DNA from: Candidatus Bathyarchaeota archaeon
GTDB lineage: Archaea; Thermoproteota; Bathyarchaeia; Bathyarchaeales; Bathycorpusculaceae
Length of the DNA stretch: 64,000 nucleotides
Direction: 5' to 3'
Assembly: GCA_963702095.1 (NCBI GenBank)
Contig: OY969706.1
Coordinates: 1,888,001 to 1,952,000 of the forward strand
Shown: in pieces, positions 29,165-37,397 of the stretch
Layout of the letters: each line of letters begins with the position of its first letter
Numbering within the stretch: position 1 is the first letter of the stretch
Notes under the pieces: generated by a model
Database searches by the model: none
Told to the model about the DNA's origin: nothing
What the model saw: the letters and a program-made list of their open reading frames with translations, nothing else
Made by a program: the position numbers and the translations under genes

Positions 29165-30363
29165 TGCTTCTTCTCCCCAAAAATAGTAACATAAGCCTTA
29201 GTTCCAAAACCCTCAAACTCCACAACTCCCCCATGCCGCAATCCATTGGGCACAGTGATTTGGCGTTCAGCTGCTTCTCCGCGGAGCTGACGGAAAACCT
29301 CAAACACCTGCGCTCCACCCGTGGCGCCCAAGGGGTTGCCGTCTGCTTTTAAGCCGCCGTCCGTGTTAACATACACCTCTTTGCCGCCCAACTCGTAGCA
29401 TAGTTCCCCATTTTGGCTGCTTTCATAGATGCTTTTCCAAGCGGTTCCGGATGCTGCCAAGCCGAGGTCTTCAAGCGAAACCATCTCCATAACGGTAGAT
29501 TGGTCGTTTAATTCAATAAGCTGCAGATCTGAAGGTGCAACTCCAGCGGTTATGGAGGCTTTTTTCATGGCTAACTGGGCAGCAACGAAGCTTGAGAGGT
29601 CTTCTCTTGCGGGGTAATTGAGGTAGTCGGTTGCTGCACCGCAGGCTAACACGTAGATAGGGCGGTTAGTCATTTTGTTAGCGACTGTTTCACTGGTTAA
29701 CACAAGTGCTGTGGCTCCGTCTGAGATGGGTGCGAAGTCGTAGAGCCCAAGCGGTTTATGGGCTGCTTTACGTGCGTTGAGCACTTGGTCGATGGTGATT
29801 TTTCTTTGGAACTGGGCATACTTGTTTTTGGCGCCGTTAGCATGGTTCTTAACTGAAACCTGCGCCAAGGCAACGTCGAGTTTTTCCTGGTCCTGTCCTG
29901 TTATGCCGTGTTTTTTGATGTAGGCGCGGAGCATTAGTTCATGGTTGGATTCGGGGGTTCCGCCTGCGTAGTAGCTCCAGGGGTCGTCGAGGAGCATGAG
30001 GTCGTCGCGGATTTTGTCCCAGCGGTCTGTCATCTTTTCTATGCCTCCGACTAGCACTGTGTTGTAGACGCCTGCTTCGATTGCGTGGCAAGCGGTCATT
30101 AATGCGGCGCTAAAAGATCGGGTGACCTCCATGGGTACGTGTAACTCGGTTAATTCTGAGAGGAAGCCTTCTTCGAGGCCAAGTTTGTTGGTGATTGGTA
30201 AGAAACAGTCGGACATGTAACAGGCTTCCAAATTTTTGCGTTCCATGTTACATTCTCTGGAGGCGGCTAACCAGGCTTCCTCGATGAGTTTCTCGGGTTC
30301 TTTGCCGTAGTGCTCACCGAACTTGGTTCTGCCAACAGCAACTATGGCTGGGCGTTTCTGCAT
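29161..30363 (-). CDS. Archaeal thiolase-fold protein with substituted catalytic residues
   Basis: VGRTKFGE, GGIEKMTD, APISDGATA and NTDGGLKADGNPLGATG motifs; the usual nucleophilic Cys, HDCF and GHP motifs are altered. Confidence 0.88.
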   Translation of the reverse strand: MQKRPAIVAVGRTKFGEHYGKEPEKLIEEAWLAASRECNMERKNLEACYMSDCFLPITNKLGLEEGFLSELTELHVPMEVTRSFSAALMTACHAIEAGVYNTVLVGGIEKMTDRWDKIRDDLMLLDDPWSYYAGGTPESNHELMLRAYIKKHGITGQDQEKLDVALAQVSVKNHANGAKNKYAQFQRKITIDQVLNARKAAHKPLGLYDFAPISDGATALVLTSETVANKMTNRPIYVLACGAATDYLNYPAREDLSSFVAAQLAMKKASITAGVAPSDLQLIELNDQSTVMEMVSLEDLGLAASGTAWKSIYESSQNGELCYELGGKEVYVNTDGGLKADGNPLGATGGAQVFEVFRQLRGEAAERQITVPNGLRHGGVVEFEGFGTKAYVTIFGEKKQ

Positions 30364-30540
30364 ACTGTTTGCTCCCCTGTTATGGCTGTAAAAATCCTCT
30401 CAAACGACTATTAAGTGTTTGCCATAAACGACGTGAATAGGGGGCTTGTTTTTTTGGGTGTTCTTGGAGGTTTTTGGTTTGGGGTGGTGGTGGTGGCTTC
30501 TACGCTGTTTTTTAGGTTTTTTGTCTTGACGGGTTCTGGT

Positions 30541-30670
30541 TAGTTTTTTCATTATTTGTTGCTGCCGGATGCCCTCTATACACAACAACAACCAGCGGCC
30601 CGTGCAGGCGACCCTGTTTTTGGTTCAGCACCCCCTGTGACTGCAGACTGGTTGTGGCTGAATCTACCCA
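30541..30670 (-). repeat. Dispersed intergenic element, copy C
   Basis: Shares ctatacac..caacaacc and ctggttgtggc..a.tctac with copy A (10890-11021). Confidence 0.55.
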
Positions 30671-30688
30671 TAGAAAGGACCAATGGAC

Positions 30689-32080
30689 TTATCGGCGTCT
30701 CTTAAAGAAAACAACCACGCCAACAACCACACCCACCACAGCAGCCACTAAGGCGCCGATGATGATAAACGCCAAGGGAAAAAGCTCAACGCTAAACGTC
30801 AAGGCTTCAGAAGCACCCATATTGCCATAGGTATCGTTAACGTAGACAGTGACGCTGTGGGAGCCACCGGAAAGCCCCGTCAAAGTAAAGTTACCAGATA
30901 TGGTAACGTTTTGTTGCCCATCGAGGCTATAACCAACCCAATCCACCACCTTATCTACACAAAAAACCAAAGGCACGGTCGAGTTAGTAATAGCCGTCCC
31001 ATTAAGCGACGACTCAAGCACAACATTTGGAGGAGAATGCTCTAAGACATACACAGGATCAGACGAACCATAACCAAACGGTGTATACACTTCATTATAC
31101 CTATCTTGGACGGCTCCATAAATAGGGTCAGGAAAAAGAAAAGGCGTCCCTGCAAAAGCATATAACCTATCTTTTAAAACCGCAACCGTGAGGTAGCATC
31201 TAGCTGTAGGCATCGGTTTGCCAAAGGTCCAATTATTGTTTTTCATATCATACACTTGCACGAGATTTTCAGCCGCATAATCGCCTAAGTGTGATCTGTA
31301 ACCGCCAAAAAGGTAAATTCTTCGGGGCGCCATCTCCCCTGACACAGCAGCCGCACCCGTTCCCATCACCGTAACAGGCACTGAAGCACCTAAGCTCCAC
31401 GAATTATTTGAAGGATCGTAAATCTGAACAAAATTGGTATTTATTTCTCCTATAAGAAAATCATCTTGCCCTCCTATCGCGTAAATTTTGCCTTCACTCA
31501 CTGCCGAACTACAACTAGCAACTGGATAGAGCATTGGCGCTTTAGTAGTCCATGAGTCGTTGGCAACATCGTATACTTCATTCAAAGCACTAGCATGAGG
31601 ATCTGGACTACCTCTTCCCCCGATCAAATAAATCTGACCCCCTATTGCGGCGGCTTCTAGCTGTTCTCTTTTTTCTGGTAACGGCTGTTTAGACTGCCAT
31701 GTATCAGTTGAGGGATCATATACCTCATTTACATCAAGGCTAACTGGGTTTCCATGGTTCCAATCATATCCTCCAATAGCATAAATCTTACCTTGGCAAA
31801 CTGCCATAGCAAACCACATCCTTGATGTAGGCATGGGTGCCTTGGCAGTCCACTTATCCATCTCTGGATCATATTGATAATTGCTCGACCCGCCTATAAC
31901 GTAGATTTTCCCATCCACAACACCCGCTCTACCCCCAACAACAGCGTCTGGCACCGGCGCCGCTGCCCGCCAAGTATTCTCACTATCGGTACCGGCTGAA
32001 GCAGGATCAACATAAACCAGCAAAGATGACGATAGAAGAGCAACTGACAAAATGACAGACAGGACACAATCAGCTTTCAT
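30689..32080 (-). CDS. Secreted Kelch-repeat protein with C-terminal Ig-like domain and TM anchor
   Basis: Six GKIYxIGG...EVYDP..W repeats, signal peptide, TM plus KRRR. Confidence 0.9.
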   Translation of the reverse strand: MKADCVLSVILSVALLSSSLLVYVDPASAGTDSENTWRAAAPVPDAVVGGRAGVVDGKIYVIGGSSNYQYDPEMDKWTAKAPMPTSRMWFAMAVCQGKIYAIGGYDWNHGNPVSLDVNEVYDPSTDTWQSKQPLPEKREQLEAAAIGGQIYLIGGRGSPDPHASALNEVYDVANDSWTTKAPMLYPVASCSSAVSEGKIYAIGGQDDFLIGEINTNFVQIYDPSNNSWSLGASVPVTVMGTGAAAVSGEMAPRRIYLFGGYRSHLGDYAAENLVQVYDMKNNNWTFGKPMPTARCYLTVAVLKDRLYAFAGTPFLFPDPIYGAVQDRYNEVYTPFGYGSSDPVYVLEHSPPNVVLESSLNGTAITNSTVPLVFCVDKVVDWVGYSLDGQQNVTISGNFTLTGLSGGSHSVTVYVNDTYGNMGASEALTFSVELFPLAFIIIGALVAAVVGVVVGVVVFFKRRR

Positions 32081-32292
32081 GCGGTCGTAATCCCTTAACT
32101 GTTATTATTTATGTAAACGATAAATAGTTTGCTAAATTCCATGAGATAAATAAAAAATGGAAAAGGAATTCTTGATCGACTGGAAAAAACAATTATGACT
32201 AAGAAATTAGGTACATAGTTGAAATAGGGGATGTTATATATACCAATAAAAAAGTTAAGGTACGGAAGAGAGGATAGGGGTAAAAGAAGGGT

Positions 32293-32436
32293 ATGTTGAG
32301 TAATTTAAAGAAGCGGTTTGATGGGTTCTTCTACAAGTGCGAATACATAAAAGAATGCGGCAAAGTAACCCCGCAATGCAGTGAAGGCGGCAACAGCTAC
32401 TGCGGCGAATACAGAAAACGCCTCCGCAACAGCTAA
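32293..32436 (+). CDS. 47-aa Cys-rich microprotein
   Basis: MLSNLKKRFDGFFYKCEYIKECGKVTPQCSEGGNSYCGEYRKRLRNS*, preceded by GAAGGG; below the ORF-track size cutoff. Confidence 0.55.
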   Translation: MLSNLKKRFDGFFYKCEYIKECGKVTPQCSEGGNSYCGEYRKRLRNS

Positions 32437-33827
32437 GCCGTATGGTTGATTTCTTTTTCAGTTATCTTCAGCTTTAGCTCTTCGACCAAATTCTGAAGTT
32501 TTTCACTAAGCTCCACTGGATAGGATGGCGCATTTGTGAGGGCTTTGAATTTTTGAGGTAACTGGGCTAGGTTTTCCGCTGCAAAAACGCGAATCTCCTC
32601 CAAAGAAGGCAGTTTATCAGTTAATTTTCCCTGTTCCATGACTTTTTTTAGCATTGGTTCACCCTCTGCGGGTTCGTCAGCCAACGCAATCACGTCCTTT
32701 AGGAATGCACCCTCGCCATTTCGGAAACGATAAACCTGTTTTCGCCCCGGCAAAGTAATTTTATTTTTACTGAGCTTCATGATAGGCGCGAATTCGCCAT
32801 CGACGGTTTGGGTTTCACAAAGCTTGTAGATGCCGTCGAGGTAGGGGCGGTCGGCGCTGGTTCCCATTTTTGTGCCCACGCCAAACGCGTCAATCGGCGC
32901 GTCCAAAGAGAGCAACTCGCTGATTCTGTACTCGTCTAAGTCGCCGCTGGCAAAGATTTTGGCGTAACCAAGGTTTTGGCTGTCGAGGATTTTGCGTACT
33001 TTTTTGCTGGTTTGCGCCAAGTCGCCGCTGTCCAACCGCACCCCGCCCAAGCGCATGCCCTTTGCCTCCAACTCTTTGGCGACGACTGCGGCTTTTTCCG
33101 CTCCCGCTATGTCGTCGTAGGTGTCTATGAGTAGGGTGGATTTGTCTGGGAAGGTTTTGGCGAAGGCTCGAAACGCATCGATTTCTTTGGGGTAGGACAT
33201 GATGAAGCTGTGCGCCATGGTGCCGAAGACTGGGATCCCGTACGCTAACCCAGCGAGCACGTTGCTTGTGCCCTGGCAACCGGCGATGTAGCTGCTTCGG
33301 GCCACTTTCATGCCTGCGTCTATGCCGGGTTCACGGCGCAAACCGAATTCGATGACTGCTTTGCCGTCGGCGGCTTGGACTACGCGACTGGCTTTGGTTG
33401 CGATCATGGTTTGCAGGTTAATGCTGTTGAGGAGGAAGGTTTCGACGAGTTGTGCCTCTATGATGGGGGCGGTTATGCGAAGGAGCGGTTCGTTGGGGAA
33501 AACCAAGGTGCCCTCGGGAACTGCCCAAACCTCACCTGTAAACTTGAAGTCCCGAAGGTAATTGAGGAAGTCTTCTTTGAAACCCTGCACTTTGAGGTAA
33601 GCAAGATGCTCCTCGGTGAATTTGATACTCTGCAAATAACCCAAGGCTTCTTCTAGGCCTGCAAAGAGGAAGTAGCTGCGGTTCTCCGGCAAGCGGCGGA
33701 TGAAGAGGTCAAACGTGGCGGTTTCAAAGTTTTTGTTGTCAAAGTAGGCGGCGCACATGGTTAACTCGTAGAAGTCGGTGAAGAGGCTCATGTTTTCCTC
33801 TTTTAAGTAGCCCAGAAACGGTTTCAT
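32433..33827 (-). CDS. pncB: Nicotinate phosphoribosyltransferase
   Basis: LFTDFYELTM, EFGLRR, GTMAHS, LIDTYD, VRLDSGD and FGVGT motifs. Confidence 0.95.
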   Translation of the reverse strand: MKPFLGYLKEENMSLFTDFYELTMCAAYFDNKNFETATFDLFIRRLPENRSYFLFAGLEEALGYLQSIKFTEEHLAYLKVQGFKEDFLNYLRDFKFTGEVWAVPEGTLVFPNEPLLRITAPIIEAQLVETFLLNSINLQTMIATKASRVVQAADGKAVIEFGLRREPGIDAGMKVARSSYIAGCQGTSNVLAGLAYGIPVFGTMAHSFIMSYPKEIDAFRAFAKTFPDKSTLLIDTYDDIAGAEKAAVVAKELEAKGMRLGGVRLDSGDLAQTSKKVRKILDSQNLGYAKIFASGDLDEYRISELLSLDAPIDAFGVGTKMGTSADRPYLDGIYKLCETQTVDGEFAPIMKLSKNKITLPGRKQVYRFRNGEGAFLKDVIALADEPAEGEPMLKKVMEQGKLTDKLPSLEEIRVFAAENLAQLPQKFKALTNAPSYPVELSEKLQNLVEELKLKITEKEINHTA

Positions 33828-33948
33828 AGGTATAAGGAAAATCTAACGGCATTTAATCTTTTCTTAACCATTTCTTGCGTAATGGCCGTTGTATTCTACG
33901 TCAAAAACCTAAATGTTGATTAAAAAAAGAAAAGAGAGTTATATTTCT

Positions 33949-35658
33949 CTAGAAGGGTGGAGGTGGGTTAATTATTCTAACACAATCGAAATCAATACTT
34001 GCTCCGGTACTACCTGTTGTGGTAGCTGCAATCGCTACGCATGAATATTGACCATAATAGGTGCCGCAATTGAGCCATTGAGGACCGTCTGAATGGTATA
34101 GATTTACATCCACTACCGGATTCCCCCAAGGACCATAATAGCTTGGCCCTACATATACTCGAACATGCGTGAGAGTGTTATCAACGGGTGTATTGTATTT
34201 TATTTGAAGAGTACCGAAGAAATTAACGCCACCACCAGTTATACCTCCATACAGGTACCCGCCGTTTTCGACGGCATAAGTCATTGCCTCTATGTGTGCA
34301 TAGTTTCCGTCTTCCTGACCCAGTATCAACGATGGGTTTTGTACAACACCCACTCCGTAAGTATCGCTAAACACTGTCACCATTGACTTGGGCGCCTGAA
34401 CTCCAGAGTCAGGCCAAGCGCTCGAATGTTCGCTCCCAAAATTTAAATTCCAAGTAGGGTAAAAAACCCAATTACCCAGATAGGACATGCAGTATCTGTT
34501 AGTACGGAATCCTTCTTCACCATCGATTGGTGTAGTTGTAATCAAATACCAATTCCATGTATCATAATCGAACCACCAGTGTTCTTCATATATAGATATG
34601 TAATAACTATACATAACTCCGTTTGTTGCACTGTAAACCGCTGGAATAGCAACTTCGGTGATTATAGTGATTATATCCAAGATTATTCCGACTGGTTCCA
34701 AACTCATTAGAACTGCATAAATTTCTAAGATATCCATAATTGTATCAATATGAACTGTTTCATAATCGTACCACCAAACGTAGCTTCCATGGAGGTGCGC
34801 AACATACATATCTTGCCCGTTATCAGCAATTAATCTAACGTCATCGGCCATGTTCTCATAGTAAGGGTCTATAACCGTTCCATTTGGAAGGGTTACCAGA
34901 GCTTTTAGTCCGGTTGCGTTGTCCCTTGGCAGAAAACAAATATTATATTGTCCGGCGGGGTCTTTGAAATTCTGATTAATAGTTGCATTGGCATACAGGA
35001 GTGAGGACTCGTTTTTGTTCCAAACGCTGTCTCCTTGAAACGTGATATCAATACTTTTAGAGTTATTGGCAAAATGAATGCTAGCAGTGTTTTGTTTTGT
35101 TACCGTATCACCGACAATTTTTCGCTCAACTAACGTCATTGAGGAATTGACTGCCCCTCTGATACTTTGCTCGACAGTCGTCAAAATCTCGTTTCCCTTT
35201 TCAGCTCTCGTTCGGGATTCAGAGACATAACTTGAAGAGCCGCCGCTTGAAATTTGTGCCGAATAAGTATACCCACCACTTGTCTTTCCTGCAGACATGC
35301 TCAGATGATTTTCCACAGCTACCGTTTTCGGTCCGTCAACGGCATCAACGATATATGTAGAGCTTTTACTGATTGTTTCTTGCGAACTCAAAATTCCCTT
35401 TTCTACATCAACACGCTCGTCCGTTTTATTTAGCGGCTTTAGTCCAAGAACGTTAAGGTACTTATTGGTAAATGCTTCTGATATGTTCATGGTACTCCAG
35501 TTATCGGAGTCTGTTTTCGGTGTGATGTTTTCATATGGCAAACTAGGTTTCTCAAGTTTTTGTGCCTCAACAGTCATTAAAGGGCTTGTTATCAGCAATG
35601 AGGACAAAATCGCTAATAAAACTGAGCCCGAAATTACTCTTTTAATTGCTTTTTTCAT
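33949..35658 (-). CDS. Secreted hypothetical protein (AT-richer codon usage)
   Basis: 569 aa with signal peptide and Tyr/Trp-rich central region; no family recognised. Confidence 0.65.
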   Translation of the reverse strand: MKKAIKRVISGSVLLAILSSLLITSPLMTVEAQKLEKPSLPYENITPKTDSDNWSTMNISEAFTNKYLNVLGLKPLNKTDERVDVEKGILSSQETISKSSTYIVDAVDGPKTVAVENHLSMSAGKTSGGYTYSAQISSGGSSSYVSESRTRAEKGNEILTTVEQSIRGAVNSSMTLVERKIVGDTVTKQNTASIHFANNSKSIDITFQGDSVWNKNESSLLYANATINQNFKDPAGQYNICFLPRDNATGLKALVTLPNGTVIDPYYENMADDVRLIADNGQDMYVAHLHGSYVWWYDYETVHIDTIMDILEIYAVLMSLEPVGIILDIITIITEVAIPAVYSATNGVMYSYYISIYEEHWWFDYDTWNWYLITTTPIDGEEGFRTNRYCMSYLGNWVFYPTWNLNFGSEHSSAWPDSGVQAPKSMVTVFSDTYGVGVVQNPSLILGQEDGNYAHIEAMTYAVENGGYLYGGITGGGVNFFGTLQIKYNTPVDNTLTHVRVYVGPSYYGPWGNPVVDVNLYHSDGPQWLNCGTYYGQYSCVAIAATTTGSTGASIDFDCVRIINPPPPF

Positions 35659-35849
35659 TTATTTTTACTCCTATATTACACGTCATTCGAACTCGTTAAT
35701 GTTCGCCCGTCAGATTGTCTTTGTTATAATTAATTTATAAGCTTTATTCATATTCTGAATAAACTTTAAATTTCGATGACCTTATATGATTCGGATCTAA
35801 CGTTAATTGAGGTTAAGTGTAATCCTTCTAGCAGGCGAGAAAGAATGGT

Positions 35850-37307
35850 TTGTTGACAAAATTATATAGCCAAACAGCCACTATTACCCCACACCCACGG
35901 GTAACCAACCAAATGACCCCCCAAACGCAGCGATTTAGCCTCAAAGGTGCAATATGTAGCAATTACGCAATCATAGGCATCCTCATAGGCGTCGCCCTGA
36001 TATCGCTCTCCATTGGCCCCTTTCAGAACCCCGACACAACATGGGAATACAAAGCCGCCTCAGGCGTGCTGGAATGGGGTATGCCTTTCACCGAAGTACG
36101 GGGCAGCATGATTAACCAGCCGCCGCTTGGCTTCTACGCGGAGGGGCTTTTTCTACGGGTCTTCGGCGCCTCGATCCAGACAGGCACCATCCTCATTACC
36201 TTGTTTGGCCTCGGCTGCACCCTGCTAATGTACCTCATTGGCACCGCCTTGTATGGCAAAAAAACCGGGTTGATCGCGGCGGCGCTGTTTGCCTTGACAC
36301 CTTGGCAGCTGGTTCTGTCGAACAGTTTCTTGATAGACACGCAGTGCCTCTTTTTTAGTCTCAGCGCCCTCTACGTTGGCATCTTGGCTTTCCGCGGTGA
36401 CTCCACCAAACTGCTCGCCTTGTCCGGTGGGCTGTTTGCGTTGGCTTTCTACACTAAACTCTTCGCGGTCTTCACCCTGATTCCCCTCTTCCTATTCTAT
36501 CTCTATTATCAACGCAGAAACCTCCGAAGCCTCCCCCTCAAAATCGCCGTTTTTTTTGTACCCCTAATTGCTGCCACATTGATATGGTACACAGCTGACT
36601 TTTACATGATGCCCAGCTGGCTCCCAAGCGGCCTAAGCTACATGTTTACCCACTCCGACTTCAGCGACACAAACCCAGCAGGCGCGGCTCCCACTTACAG
36701 TTTCGTCACCACTTTCCTGCTAAACTATGGATTAGGCTACTTTTTTGTGGCAGCCGCTGCCCTTTCCTTGCTTGTGGGGTTCGCTTTTAGAAAACAGTTG
36801 GCTAAACAATTCGCATCTTATGATGCCATCGTTTTGGTGCCTATACTCTTCATCGTCGGCTTAACCGCCTTCCTAGGCGTAACGCTTGACCTAAAGGTGC
36901 CTTACACCAGCGCCATCAAATACCTCTACCAAGCCCTCCCCTTCTTCTGCTTAGCCGCGGCATCCCTGGCAGTCAAATCTGCCTCGATAATTAAATCAAC
37001 GCAATCAAACGCAACTAGAAAAACAGCTTTCGTGTCCATCGGAGCCCTTGGGTTTGTGCTGGTTTTGGCATCTTTGCTTGCGAACTTTTACGCGGCAAAT
37101 CAGCTGTCGACAAGTTCCTTTGTACTCTTTAGGGTCCAACTGGGCCAACATTTAGGCTACTCCTTCGATAACTCCGCCATCGCTGTGGACAGCCCGCTGC
37201 TGGTTCTACAGTACTTGGGCTTCGGGTTAATTCTGCTATCTCTAGTCTACCCCAACAGGCACCTCATAGTCGCCTCCATACAGCGGTTGGTGTACAGAAA
37301 AAAGTGA
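35850..37307 (+). CDS. GT-C (PMT/ArnT, GT39/83-like) membrane glycosyltransferase
   Basis: NQPPLGFY, AALFALTPW and ALAFYTK motifs; many TM helices. Start may be the ATG at 35913. Confidence 0.8.
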   Translation: MLTKLYSQTATITPHPRVTNQMTPQTQRFSLKGAICSNYAIIGILIGVALISLSIGPFQNPDTTWEYKAASGVLEWGMPFTEVRGSMINQPPLGFYAEGLFLRVFGASIQTGTILITLFGLGCTLLMYLIGTALYGKKTGLIAAALFALTPWQLVLSNSFLIDTQCLFFSLSALYVGILAFRGDSTKLLALSGGLFALAFYTKLFAVFTLIPLFLFYLYYQRRNLRSLPLKIAVFFVPLIAATLIWYTADFYMMPSWLPSGLSYMFTHSDFSDTNPAGAAPTYSFVTTFLLNYGLGYFFVAAAALSLLVGFAFRKQLAKQFASYDAIVLVPILFIVGLTAFLGVTLDLKVPYTSAIKYLYQALPFFCLAAASLAVKSASIIKSTQSNATRKTAFVSIGALGFVLVLASLLANFYAANQLSTSSFVLFRVQLGQHLGYSFDNSAIAVDSPLLVLQYLGFGLILLSLVYPNRHLIVASIQRLVYRKK

Positions 37308-37397
37308 GCGCCAGACCCCCATATAGGTGTAATTTGTTGCCTTATCAACCGTTCTAATACTTAGATTTAATAGTATTAACCGCTAAAGACAGAGACG

